NCBI GenBank assembly: GCA_951406725.2
Contig: OX597815.1
Location: forward strand, 71,920,001 to 71,984,000
Reading direction: 5' to 3'
Length of the DNA: 64,000 nucleotides
Origin: Octopus vulgaris
Taxonomy: Eukaryota
Each line of letters starts with the position of its first letter. Position 1 is the stretch's first letter. The notes beneath the pieces were generated by a model. The model did no database searches, had not been told where the DNA came from, and worked only from the letters and a program-made list of their open reading frames with translations. Both the position numbers and the translations under genes were made by a program. This document shows positions 41,251 to 55,544 of this stretch, piece by piece.

Positions 41251-41979
41251 TATTTATGAAGATATGTCTGCAAATATGTATATATGTATGCTCATATGTA
41301 TATATAAATATATTTACACATGCATGCATATATATACTTTATGTCTGTATCTGTGTGTATATATGTGATCGTATTACCGAGTGAGTGTGTATAAATATAT
41401 ATGTGTGCATCCCTATATGTATGGATATACGTATATGTAAATTTGTGTGTATGTTTGTATGAATGTGTGAGTGTGTATACGTGTGTGTCTGTATCTGTGT
41501 GCCTGGGCGTTCTTGGATTTTATTGAATTTTATTGTTTACAAGAAAATAAAGAACTGTGATAAGGCTCTTTTGTTGGAATTTAGACAGTTCCAGACGTTT
41601 CTGTTCGTGAAAAAGAGAGAGAGGGGGAGGGGGAGTAATGGAAAGAGTGTCTGCGTGTGTGAGAGAGAATGAGAGTGAGAGGGAGGGGGAGAGAGAGAGA
41701 GCGTGTGTCTTTTCAGTAGTTGGCTCCAGTAGAGATGTTTTAAATTTTTACGTTTTAGAAATCTTTATAGTTTCACCAATTGATTCAATATAAAGAATGG
41801 AAGCTCGGCCTGCTACAAATAGCAGCTATACCTCCCTCAAAGAAGAGACAAGATGGTCTCATTATAAGTATCCCCCAGTTATTCAATTAACACTGACCTC
41901 GGTCTAAATAATAACGGCTACATGTTCAGAATACGTGTCAGCCACTCAGAATATCTAGAATATCTGGTAATCAGATATC

Positions 41980-42185
41980 GACGAGCTGGCAGAATCGTTA
42001 GCACGACAGGCGAAATGTTTATCAGCATCTCGTCTGACTTTTCGTTTTGAATTCATATTCCTCTGAGATCGGCTTCGCCTTTCATCTTTTCGGTGTCATG
42101 AAATAAGTACCAGTTGAGCACTGGGGTCAATATAATTGACTATCCTCCTTCTAAAATTTCAGGCCTTGTACATATGGTAAAAAGG
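41980..42185 (+). mobile_element. SINE family B
   Basis: GAGCTGGCAGAATCGTTAGCAC...CCTTTCATC...AATAAGTACCAG. Confidence 0.8.
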
Positions 42186-42446
42186 ACTTTTACATAGAAA
42201 CAAACAAAGCAAACTCAAAGACTGCATGCTAGAGTCTGCCAATGGTATTCAATTTTTTTTATGACCTGAAAATGACCTGAAAAATCTATACTAAAAATAT
42301 TTACATTGCCAAAAAAAAAAAAAAATAATAATAAATAATAGCTGGGTTAACGGAATTTTCAGCTTTCATAGAAATGGATTTGGCCAAAAAGGACATGTTC
42401 GTATGACTGTTGAACGATGAAAATCAGCCTTCAAATGTCATCAAAT

Positions 42447-42646
42447 AAGGATCCCCAGCTGGTCGCGGACCAGTTCCGGGCAGTGGATCATTTGACTCTT
42501 GCAGTCTGCAGAGTGTTTTTGCCTTACATATGTATTATATATGTAATAATTAAATTATATTATGCACTCTATTGATACCTCGGTTTGTGGAAAAATTGTC
42601 TAGCATAAAACCGGTCCTTGGAGCTAAAAAAGGTAGGAGACCACTG
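42447..42646. mobile_element. hAT (Charlie-like) MITE remnant
   Basis: Ends AAACCGGTCC.TGG.GC.AAAAAGGT.GG.GACCACTG. Confidence 0.55.
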
Positions 42647-43349
42647 TCGTAGAGTATCTTTCAGACACTTTACAAACAAGAGAGAAAACAGAGCTCAGCA
42701 GATGCAGTAGAATGTATTTCTTTAATACAAGACGCTCTTCTGTCGCTCTTCCGAATTTTAGAATTGATGAGCTTCAAGCAACAAACGTGAAATTCGATGT
42801 AATGACTGAAGTCTTTCCTTCCAGTAAATAAATAAATCCAGCATCATGTATCGAGTGCCTCTGTTTCTCTTTCATATATTTCTTAATAATTATTTAAACT
42901 TAAATAATAGCAAAAAAGATAGCTCCTTTGAGCTATTTTTACAAGACTTAAACAGAAACAATATAGGACATTGGGCTTACACATCATTATTTATGAAACT
43001 TAGGTATTTCAAGCCTTGTGTCCTTCAAGGCGTTTGATGAAGGTGGAGATTTCTGGTTGGTTGAGGACATTTAAAGGTTCCTTTAGTGTCTTAAACGCCA
43101 GTTTTCTCCCCTGACAAACCATCATTTTAACAGCGATGTTTTGAAGTATTATACGACTGTCCCTGTTGCCATGTTCTTTTTATCATGTCTTATATAACCT
43201 CTAATTTAAGGCGATTGTATAGAAAGTGTTTCTTTGATGCACGTGCTAGAAAACAGTGTGACTCATCAAAGATGATGTAGCTAGTGCCGAAGTACCACCA
43301 GTAGTAAACAAGCATTGTTAAACTGGGCTGTGTTGCTGCAGCCTTCAAT

Positions 43350-44161
43350 ATTTTCAACACACCGAGAAAATAAAATGAATTTTATGTATTTTCATGTATT
43401 TTCCACACACAACAGTAAAATGACAATATAAGTTAGAATCAATGTGTTATTGAATTCAATTTATAATACGCTATTGAAAACGCTTATAATTAAGGACCCA
43501 TTCTAACTAGACCCTAAATTAACATCCTGCTTCAACTCATCTTTTTTTTTTACATGGAAGATACATGAGATGTTTTCGAGATATTTCAATGGAAAAGATT
43601 TCATCTTAAAATGAGTAAAATACGTAAAATACACTATATTTCCTAAAACCTAACTACACACGCATCTCTGACAATACTTAATTTAATCAATCTTTCAATC
43701 TTTCTCCAATGTAACTTTAAAAGTTGATACGACTCAATTCCACCCATTTCGAGTTGACATAAACGACATCCAATTAGCATGGTCACGAGGATGAAATCAA
43801 TACTTATATACTTTTATAAGTATTGATTTCTTATAAGTATTGATTTTTATACTCCACTCTGTCATTATTTGTTGCTATATAATAGTTACATAGTTACAAA
43901 TAATGCCACAGATGTGTGTAAAAGACGTAACGCTTCGACGAATCTCCATATATCTCCCAAGAAAAAAAAATGATAGTTCGAGGCAGGATGTTAATTTAAA
44001 GTCTAATTAGAATGGGCTCTTAATTATAAGTGTTTTCAATGGCGTATAATAAATTGAATTCAGCAACACATTGAATGACTTTTATTGTCGTTTTATAGTC
44101 GTATGTGAAAAATACATGGAAATATATAAAATTGGTTTTATTTACTCGGTGTGTTAAAAAT
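43350..44161. mobile_element. Fold-back element with about 220-bp imperfect inverted arms
   Basis: 43350-43572 matches the reverse complement of 43941-44161 (AACACACCGAG..., TTATAATTAAG..CCCATTCTAA.TAGAC..TAAATTAACATCCTGC). Confidence 0.85.
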
Positions 44162-44649
44162 GCATTGCAGTTTAGTTTTGTTCCGTTGACTATAGTCTTA
44201 GAAATTGAAACAGTAGAGACCGAATGTGAGGATTTATGATGGCGATTTAAAACGATTTAAATTCAACTGTACATACAGTTTATTAAGCCAAGGCAAGATG
44301 GGAGGAACGCCGGAAAGGATCGTAAGAGAAAAGATAAGGTGAAGAGACTAGCGTTCGAAGGATTTTAGTTGTGAGACATAGGAAGTAGTCAATGCATCGG
44401 TTGATATACAGCTTGTTAGCTTGGAACGGGGACAGCTCCTGCTGTAGTAGAGAGAGATAAACAGACAGACAGACAGACAGAGACAGACAGGCAGAAACAG
44501 AGGGAAAGGATGAGCGAGAGAGGAAGGGAGGGAAGGGGAGAGAGAGAGCAGAAACGACACATGTGAACTTGGAACTATAACATATTGCTGAGGGAATCAT
44601 TATCAATCAGCCGGACGGTCATATTTGTATGCGGGCTAAGGATTGAGGT

Positions 44650-45660
44650 GTTTGTGCACTTCGTTATAACACCATTCTTGATACGATAGCAGTCTTCCAT
44701 TGTGGGTCTTAATTTTGGTTTATGAAGATCCAGCAATTGTTCGATGTTGAAATTATTTCTGATTTGGAAGACGAATCCTAGCCTTTTTGTCTTGTCTTTT
44801 ACAATATTGCATATGTGAGCTAAGTACAAGAGATTGTCAATGATTGGAGTTAGGCGTAGTAGTTGTAAGAACTATGATGTTTTTTTTTAGGTTTGTACTT
44901 AGATGATTGATTGAAGAAAAAAATTCCGTGAAATCCAAATGCAAAAATATTTATCGTTGACAAAAGGAGGTAGTCGTTGTGACGTCCATGAGAGATGGGT
45001 GCGACAATAATGATAGTTGAGTGTAGTAATCTTTGCATTCTGTAGCCGAATTCTTGTAGCGTGGTGTAGGTTCCTTCAGCTTGTTAACTTTAGTTGTATC
45101 CCGATTACTGGTCAATAAACCGTCTATATACCCCTAATGACCTATCAAAGAAAAGCCGCCAAAGACAAAATCGTTAATGATATTACAATACACTGTTTAC
45201 AACCGGAATTCTAAGCATCTGTTCGTCTATTGTGTTTCCGTTAGTCAGCCCATCTATTGACAAAAACATGTTCTTAATGTGTCAACTAAGGACTTGAATG
45301 GCTTGTCGACGTCATCAATCCCCAACAAAATCTTGTTTGGATGTCTATACTTATTTGTATGTCTAAACAGAATGATTTGGGTTCAATTTCTAGGCAATGA
45401 GTTGCTATTAGGAATTCTGCCAGCATTCCTGCTACAGTTTATATTGTTCACACTTCAGGAATGTGAAATGCAAGATTGTTTCTTAGATACGTGTAGTGGC
45501 TGCACCTTGGCTCTGTTAAAAGAAACTAGTCTAAAGAATGTTATATTATAGAAGCAAATGACATGATGTGTCTAGGTTGAGTATGAATTATGCTTGTATG
45601 CAGAAGGGCATCGACAAAGAAATTGTGGTATCGTCTGCGTAGGAGTGTCGTCAGGAGGAA
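44650..45660 (-). mobile_element. Highly decayed LINE RT fragments
   Basis: Minus HSYADDTT near 45625-45650 and RPTMEDC near 44690-44710; discontinuous. Confidence 0.55.
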
Positions 45661-45800
45661 GTGAAGAAGGGCGTAAAAGTTTGTATTGTAATCACTAAGA
45701 AAAGTTGCGTAAATCAAAGTGGCCGCCTATTGTGAGTGATTGTCAAGGTCATTGGAATGGCGTTTCCTCCGATTAAATAACAAGAGCAACACAACAACAA

Positions 45801-46065
<265 letters not shown>

Positions 46066-46074
46066 GCACACACA

Positions 46075-47340
<1,266 letters not shown>

Positions 47341-47669
47341 GAAATGACTAATATATATAAAATATAAAATTATCAATGAAAATATACATAATCAAGAACT
47401 AAAATAACCTCTATAAACGATTGTATATAATGAAACCTAGTATTTAAATTCTCATATTTAAAGATGAAATAGCTAATTTCAAAAAACAAAAAACAAAAAA
47501 TAAAAAATATATATACACACATGCTCATGCACATATATCCATGTATGTATATAAACATATCTAAATACATACACAAACTCACACACACATATATATATCT
47601 ATACATACACATAAACATATAGACAAAGATAAATTTATAATGTAGCCGTATACTTCTACACATTACTTA

Positions 47670-48090
47670 TTCATACTCCCACACACACACATACAATCAC
47701 TCATTCATAAACATATTCTCTCAGCATGATAATAACACAGAGGAAATATAACATCCAGTAGCCGCAGATGCTCAACCACAAACTTATAGAAATATTTCAT
47801 TCTTAGTAAAATATTAAATACTATATACTATATATATGTAATAACCATATATAAATACGTAAACAAACACACACACACGTATATATTTATACATACACAA
47901 ATACATAAAGACAATATTTCTACACATTAATAATGCATACTCACACACACACACACATACAATCATTCATACATAACCGTATTCACACTGCAATGCTCTA
48001 ACACAGAGGAGGAACAAATCCAGTAGACACAGATACTCAGCTACATACTTATAGGAATATTCCTTACTTAGTAATATAATATTAAAAAAT
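47670..48090. repeat. Diverged direct duplication, about 265-bp period
   Basis: CACACATACAATCA.TCAT...TAACACAGAGGA...ATCCAGTAG...CAGAT.CTCA...ACTTATAG.AATATT occurs twice. Confidence 0.7.
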
Positions 48091-48299
48091 ACTATCATTA
48101 CTATAAACAAATTTATGAATGGGAATATTATCTTATATAAAATTATTCTATTATTAAACAAACCTAAACCATTTTAAATCGAAACCTATCTATTTATCAA
48201 AGTATGTCTAAATTATTTCCAAAGAAGGAAAAACTAAAACTCAAACAAAACCAAAAGATGAAACAGCCAAGGATAGAAGTAAACCTGACTATCCATGTA

Positions 48300-51200
48300 C
48301 CAAAAAGGATAGAAACAGACAGCGCACACGAATGAAAGGTGTCTGCTGACATGGAGAGGAAGGTGCAGGCTGCCGTTTTGCACATCAAAGACCCTGCCAC
48401 ATAAACACGAAACAGGTCAGAAACCAACTACCAAAAGGAAAAGGAATGGACCACGCACCACCTGCCCCAAAACGGAGGTACGCAGATGTGGTGCGTGCTA
48501 CAAACCGCCAACATGTTATTGAAAGGGCGGCTGCTGAACAAGAATATTTTTTTTGTATGGCACAAAAGATTGTACAGCAGCTAACCTGGCTCCATCAAAC
48601 TCAAACTCGCAGATGGGACTATCCACAATACACAAGACTGCCACAGCAAATAGATCCAAGGTGGACACCGCCGGCAACAGTATACACCTCACCTCGATGC
48701 TCCTACTGAACATCAGAGGACTGCTAACACTCAGTAATAGGACAAAAATCCCGTTCTTGAGAGACTTTGTTGCATGCAATCAAGCCTTATGCATAGCACT
48801 TACGGAAACACACCTGAAATCGGACATAGCAGATGCGGAAATACACATACCACAGTATGTTGTACTACGGACCGACAGAAAAGAATGGAGTCATGGAGGA
48901 GTTGCTATGTACATCCGTGAGGACCTCACACCCCTGGTCCTTTTGTCATACTCAAATTCGGTGTGTGACACACTAATTGTACATATAAGGCAACTTGGTG
49001 TAGTTATATGTGCTACATATCGCCCTCCAGATGCCCCAAGCCATGTAGGCAAGTTTGAAGACTGCCTTATAAAAATAGAAGTTCTAGTCACATTAGAACA
49101 ACACATAAGTGTACTTCTTATGGGAGACTTCAATCTACCCAATGTCAGACGGCCCGAGGGCCTTTCTCTCCCATGACACGATGTGAACGAGGACAGGCGA
49201 GGTCCCTCCTGAACCTCATCAACACTCTGTACAAGGAGCAAGTAATACTCCAACCAACCAGGGCAGGTAACATACTGGATCTCTGCTTCACAAATAACAT
49301 GGATCTCATCCATAATGTGAAAGTGACGCCGACACTACTCTCGGATCGCAACATGGTAGAGCTGACCATGTACGGGCCAAAGGAAAGCATGGACATGCAG
49401 CCTACAAGAAACTCTCAGAATCTTTCCAGCTTGAACTTCCATAAGGCAAACTGGAAACAAATTGAGAAAGAGATCATCAAACAAAACTGGCCTGAATGTC
49501 TATCCTCGCCAGACATCGACATGAAACTTCAATAATTCATGTCTGTAATGCAAGCCATATGCTACAAATGTGTCCCAGAGAGAAAGGCCACTGTACACAA
49601 GAGCAAAATCCCCAGAGAGAGGAAAATTCTAATGAGACGGTGTGCAAAAGTTTCAAATCGCCTAAACAAACAAATTGAAAGCAGTGAAAAGTCCTGCCTG
49701 AAAATAAAACTGTTGGAAATTGAAAAATGTTTGCAACTCTCCCATGAAAAAGAAAGAGCAGACAAAGAAGCCTGGGCTATAGACAACATAAAATCTAACC
49801 CCAGAGCTTTCTACAGGTATGCCAAAGAAACAGCTACGGTGCACTGTAGGATAGTGCCACTCCTTGAAAAGGATGACAGACTCACAGGAAATCCAATGAG
49901 GGTAAGTGAAATACTAAATGAGCAATTCAAGAGTATTTTCACTCCACCCCTAAGGCATTTTCAAGTCAGCAATCCAACTGACTTCTTTACCACTGCAGAT
50001 ATAAAATCAGAGGCAGCGATGATTGATTACATCAATATAAAGGAAGACGATGTAATAAAGGCTATTGATGAAATGAAAACAAACTCAGCTACTGGGCCCG
50101 ATGGATTCCCAGCAATCCTTCTAAAAGTATATAAGAGAGTCCTAGCAAGACCACTGCAGTTTCTCTTTCAGAGCTTCCTTGCAACTGGCAAACTTCCAAG
50201 AAAACTGAAGGAAGGTAAAATATGCCCTATTCATAAAGGAGGTAGCAGAGCGGAGGCCAAGAACTACAGACCTATCTCTCTGACCTCACACATCAGCAAG
50301 GTCATAGAACGAATAGTCAGAAGGAAACTAATCACCTTCTTTGAAGAAAATGACTTGCTGCCTGACACCCAACATGGTTTCCGACCAGGAAGAAGCTGCT
50401 TAACTCAGCTCCTGCAACACTATGACTGGGTGCTGAAACGACTGCTCAACCACTCAAATGTGGAAGTCATATATCTCGACTTTGCAAAGGCCTTTGATAA
50501 AGTCGATCATGGAATGATATGTCACAAACTGCGTGATCTTGGCATAGTTGGAAAATTGAGAGAATGGCTTCATGACTTTCTGAAGGATAGAAGTCAGGTG
50601 GTAGTAGCCAATGGGGCCACTTCCATTAACACGCAAATAGTGAGCGGTGTTCCGCAAGGCACTGTTCTGGGACCACTACTGTTCATAATAGCCATCTTAG
50701 ACATGCCCCCAGCCACGCAGAGAGCCACGATCACAAGTTATGCAGATGATACAAAAGTTTCACAGGCAATACAGAACCCTGAAGACACTAAGCACCTGCA
50801 ATGTGAGCTGGACAAAATATACAAGTGGGCTGAAAAGAATAGCATGCAGTTCAATGCTGAAAAGTTTCAAGCTTTATACTATCAGCATGCAAAACTAAAT
50901 GCAATACCCAATAAATACACTGGACCTGGAGGGATTGCAATCCCAGAGGCACAATCAGTGCGAGACCTGGGTATTTACATGAGTGATGATGCAACCTTTC
51001 ATGTGCATGTTGCTAAATTGGCAATGAAATGTAGGCGGCTGACCGGATGGATTCTTAGAACCTTTAGAACAAGAGACCAGGAAACCATGATGGTCCTCTG
51101 GAGGACACTTGTCCTAAGCCACTTTGACTATTGCTCTCAGCTATGGTCACCATCCAGTGTTAAGTTAATCACAGAACTTGAGGCGATCCAACGAAGCTAC

Positions 51201-51729
51201 ACGAAGAAGATAGCCTCTGTGCAGCATATAAGCTATTGGGAAAGACTCAAGAGATTGAGACTCTATTCCTTAGAGCGTAGGCGAGAAAGATATGCCATAA
51301 TATACATCTGGAAGATCCTAGAAGGACTTGTCCCAAACTTTGGCATCGAGAGTTACACAAATGCCAGAACTGGGCACCACTGCACAGTGCCAAGGACTCC
51401 AAATTTGCCATCAAGATGTAGGACAAGATACTGTGATAGCCTGGGCTTCCGAGGCCCACAGCTCTTCAATATCCTCCCGAAGAACCTAAGAGACCTTCAT
51501 GGGGTGAATGCAGATGTCTTTAAAATGAAACTGGATCTCTTCTTGTCAGGTGTCCCAGATGAACCAACTTCACGGCAGGAGGTGCAGATGAGGGCAGCTG
51601 CATCGAACTCTCTCATGCACCAGATGGCATTTGCTAAAAAGCATTCGTGAAGTAAAATCATGTAGCAACACCAAATGCCGGTACCCCAGCATGGCCACAG
51701 CTTGTGAACTGAAACTAAATAAAATAAAA
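48300..51729 (+). mobile_element. CR1-group LINE, near-complete ORF2 with possible ORF1 remnant
   Basis: APE motifs LLNIRGL, ALTETHL, GGVAMY, YRPP, MGDFN, NILDL; RT follows; A-rich (TAAAA) tail; Cys/His stretch near 48340-48400. Confidence 0.9.
49539..51650 (+). CDS. LINE reverse transcriptase, 703-aa open segment of a disrupted ORF2
   Basis: GPDG, NYRPISLTS, QHGF, YLDFAKAFDKV, GVPQGTVLGP, YADD, RDLG; separated from APE by a frameshift near 49175 and a stop at 49533. Confidence 0.85.
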   Translation: MSVMQAICYKCVPERKATVHKSKIPRERKILMRRCAKVSNRLNKQIESSEKSCLKIKLLEIEKCLQLSHEKERADKEAWAIDNIKSNPRAFYRYAKETATVHCRIVPLLEKDDRLTGNPMRVSEILNEQFKSIFTPPLRHFQVSNPTDFFTTADIKSEAAMIDYINIKEDDVIKAIDEMKTNSATGPDGFPAILLKVYKRVLARPLQFLFQSFLATGKLPRKLKEGKICPIHKGGSRAEAKNYRPISLTSHISKVIERIVRRKLITFFEENDLLPDTQHGFRPGRSCLTQLLQHYDWVLKRLLNHSNVEVIYLDFAKAFDKVDHGMICHKLRDLGIVGKLREWLHDFLKDRSQVVVANGATSINTQIVSGVPQGTVLGPLLFIIAILDMPPATQRATITSYADDTKVSQAIQNPEDTKHLQCELDKIYKWAEKNSMQFNAEKFQALYYQHAKLNAIPNKYTGPGGIAIPEAQSVRDLGIYMSDDATFHVHVAKLAMKCRRLTGWILRTFRTRDQETMMVLWRTLVLSHFDYCSQLWSPSSVKLITELEAIQRSYTKKIASVQHISYWERLKRLRLYSLERRRERYAIIYIWKILEGLVPNFGIESYTNARTGHHCTVPRTPNLPSRCRTRYCDSLGFRGPQLFNILPKNLRDLHGVNADVFKMKLDLFLSGVPDEPTSRQEVQMRAAASNSLMHQMAFAKKHS

Positions 51730-51772
51730 TTTTTTAAAAAATTAAAATACATATATATATATATATATATAT

Positions 51773-51936
51773 CAGTACTCCGCAACCTTTTTTCACTTGC
51801 GGGTACACATATGTTCTTTTAAAAATTCGGCGTCGCACCTGAACTAAAAAAAATTATACTTAGGTTACACTGCGGCTCACCTCGCATCGTCACGTCGCAC
51901 ACTAGTGTGCCGTGGCATACCGATTGCGAAGCACTG
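51773..51936. mobile_element. hAT-type MITE in (TA)n
   Basis: TIRs CAGTACTCCGCAACC / GATTGCGAAGCACTG. Confidence 0.7.
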
Positions 51937-52639
51937 ATATATATATATTACTGTACTGCACTGTACTCTGTATAAGACCCATTCCTAATCTAAGTAGTTA
52001 TCAGCAGTCATAGACATTGGTATAATAGGCAGCAAAAAGTAGTGATTTGATCCAAAGAAAATTTAATCCCTATCCGAAAACCGATTCTGAGATAAAAAAA
52101 AAAAAAAGAAAAAGAAAGAAAAGATCTAATGTTTTGTATTTGATGGAACATTTCAAAAGGTTCCATCTTGCTGTCAGCTCAAATATATTATTGTCAACAA
52201 CGAGAATGAAAACATCGAAAAACATTTTTTGTTTTATATCACTTAATTTAAAAAAGAAGAAAAAAACCTTTTATTTTTTGTTTCTATGCGATTATAAATC
52301 CATGTGACATGATCGACATTGCAAAAAACATCACGAACTTCAATTAGAAAATTCTTTCTTACCATATTCCTTAAATATATTCGTGAGGTAACGCACCATC
52401 GGATTAGTATATTCTATCTTTCGAAATAACAATCTTATAAGAAATATGTATGTTGATCTGGAACTGGACAGCGTGAGACAAAGAATTAAAAGGGTTTTCT
52501 TTCCTTTTGTTCCGTTTTCGGGTTAAAGAGTTGCTTTTGCATTTGTTGAGTTTTTTTTGTGGGGGCGGGGTCGTGATCCTAGACCAAATTATATTTTTCA
52601 AAGCATTGATGCAAAAATATAAAATTTAAAACTACTATA

Positions 52640-52795
52640 GGCGCTGGCTGTGTGGTAAGAGACTTGCTTCCCAACTACATGGTCCCGAGTTGAGTCCCCT
52701 ACGTAGCACCATGGGCAAGTATCTTCTACTATAACCTCGGGCCGACCAAAGCTTTGTGAGTGGATTTGATAGACAGAGACTGAAAGAAGTTTCTC
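52640..52795 (+). mobile_element. SINE family A, 5' half
   Basis: GGCTGTGTGGTAAGAGACTTGCTTCCCAAC...CCTCGGGCCGACCAAAGC. Confidence 0.8.
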
Positions 52796-52853
<58 letters not shown>

Positions 52854-52869
52854 TCCTGTTGGCTTAATT

Positions 52870-52994
52870 ACGTACGACTCAAGTTAGAGAAGGGGTGCGC
52901 ATTATACACAAGGTTTAGGTTTTTCAGAAGTACAGCCCCTTAAAAATCCCCTGCGTATTATACTCAAGGGCGGACTATACTCGAGGATTTACAG
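52870..52994. mobile_element. Partial copy of the 55641-56154 MITE
   Basis: Matches the right end of that element (GACTCAAGTTAGAGAAGG...CTCGAGGATTTACAG|TA). Confidence 0.85.
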
Positions 52995-53184
52995 TATGTA
53001 ATTATTCAGTTTTATTTCAAGATTCTTGCCCATAGAGAAAGAATCGGTTTCTAACCTAGACCTAAGGCTCCTTAATTGGAATTTTAACAACATCAACAGG
53101 GTATTATGTATGTATGTATGTATGTATGTATGTATGTATGTATGTATGTATGTATGTATGTATGTATGTATGTATGTATGTATG

Positions 53185-53790
53185 TGCAGATTTGTATGTT
53201 TTGTTTTATGTATGTATTCTCATGCATATAGTTGCATATTTAGACATGATCATACATGCTAAACTTCTGAAAGTTTTACAGACTTTTACAGTTCCAACGA
53301 TGGCTTGAACTTGTAGTCTTGGAATAAGCTTTCTCCTTTCTGGCTTTGAGTAGCCTAATCTCTCAAGATTGGTATTTAGGCAGTATGTTACATATCCCAG
53401 TGCTCCAATAATTACAGGTATAAACCTGAACTTGTAATCTGGATAGAGTAGCTGCAGATTCCTCAATAGTTCAGTGTAGCTATTCTCTTTTTCACTGGTC
53501 TTCAGTTTTACATTAACATCCGCTGGGCAGCTGACTTCCACAAGTGTACAGTTTCACTTCTCTATCCCAAATCATTATATCAGGTTTATTGTGTTCACAT
53601 TTTATTGAGGTTTTCACTGAGACATTCTACCAGTACTCCATTTTATTATGAGTGGCTATGGCTTCTACCATACTGAAGGTTCTTATTTCTTTGGCCTCGG
53701 GGTTATCCTTCCGATGGATCTCATTATGCAATGTCCTAGCTGAAACGTCATGTCTCATCCATAGAAAATACCGTGGTGACATTTTCAAGC
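53185..53790 (-). mobile_element. 3' fragment of RLE non-LTR retroelement abutting (CATA)n
   Basis: Minus RHD.., HNKPDIMIW, EVSCPAD, IPVIIGALG, AIVGTVKVCKTF. Confidence 0.8.
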
Positions 53791-54470
53791 AACGCTACAA
53801 GTGCCAAAACTATAAAATCCGTTGACCCCAATTTAACTGAAGTTAACGGAAATTAACTCAAGTTGACTTGAGTTAACAGAAGTTAAATGTAACGGAATTT
53901 AATTAGTCCGATAAGGATTTCCAAAGTTAACTTAAAAGTTAAACCGTTAACGAAAATGTTGACTTCGTTAATTAACGATTAACGGATTAGCGGTTTGGTG
54001 TCCAGGTTGGATATCTTCGTTGTTAACTTCACAAAGCATGCATCGGTTATCACATCTTAGTGTTTTTCCTGAATCTCTATCCCTTTTGTATATGTATATG
54101 TATGTGTGTATGTATGTATCTACCTATGTATGTATGTCTGCATCCGTGTATGTATGAATGTGTGTATGCATGGATGCATATATGTCTGTCTCTAAGTATA
54201 CACACACACATACACACGTCAATCTCTATGTATGTATGTATGTATGTATGTATGTATGTATGTATGTATGTATGTATGTATTTATGTATTAATGAACAAG
54301 CGGTATAAAGCCATTTTCTCTCCAATATTAACAAGTGTTACTCGATGTTTACAGAGATCTCTTGTATCGAAGGAATTATATTAAATTTATATTAAACAAA
54401 TGCCTTGGAATTGACAATAATACCATAATTGACTAAAGATCAAAAGAATAATCAGTTTGTATGATCATTT

Positions 54471-54525
<55 letters not shown>

Positions 54526-54584
54526 GAATTAGGACTACAGCTACAGATACAGATGTTATTGCTGCTGTTATTATCATTATTATT

Positions 54585-54812
54585 AAGGTGGCAAGCTGGC
54601 AGAATCGTTAGCACGCTGGACGAAATGCTTAGCAGTATTTCACTCGTTGCTGCGTTCTGAGTTCAAATTCCGCCGAAGTTGACTTTACTTTCATCTTTTC
54701 GGGGTCGATAAAATAAGTACCAGTTGAACACTGGGGTGGATATAATCGACTCATCCCCACCTCCCCCAAGCTGCTCTTGTGACAAAAATTTGAAATAATA
54801 ATAATAATAATA

Positions 54813-54901
<89 letters not shown>

Positions 54902-55252
54902 GGCGGCGAGCTGGCAGAATCGTTATCGCACTGGACAGAATGCTTAGCGATATTTCGCCCGTCGCTATGTTCTGAGTTCAAATTCCGTCGATGTCGACTT
55001 TCATCCTTTCGGGATCGATAATTTAAGTACTAGTGAAACACTGAGGTCTATGTAATTGACTGTCCCCTCCCCACCAATTTCAGGCCTTGTGCCAAAAGTA
55101 GAAAGAATTATTATTATTGAGTGAGAGAGCTGTGCTTGCCATCAAAGTGACATTGGGGTAAAGTATATGAAGCCCAGCATACCCTCTGATAAGGTGTTAG
55201 TAGCCCACGCTATTAAGCCGAAGATTCCGAGTTCGATTCCAGTTAGTGACCC

Positions 55253-55300
<48 letters not shown>

Positions 55301-55490
55301 GGCCAACAATTTTGAGGGTACGGGACAAATCGATTACATCGACCCCAGTACTTAACTGTCAATATATCATATTGACCCCACTCCAATCCTGCCAAATGAT
55401 GAAAGTCAAAGCTGACCTCGGCGGGATTTAAAATCAGAACGTAATGCTGCTAAGCATTTTGTCAGACGTACTAACGATTTGGCCATCTTA
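54585..55490. mobile_element. Three SINE family B copies in (TTA)n tracts (two plus, one minus)
   Basis: 54585-54795 (+), 54901-55107 (+), about 55300-55490 (-). Confidence 0.8.
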
Positions 55491-55544
55491 CTGTCTTATC
55501 CCTTTTAAACGCCTACTGAAGTTTCGTCTGATGCATATTTTATC

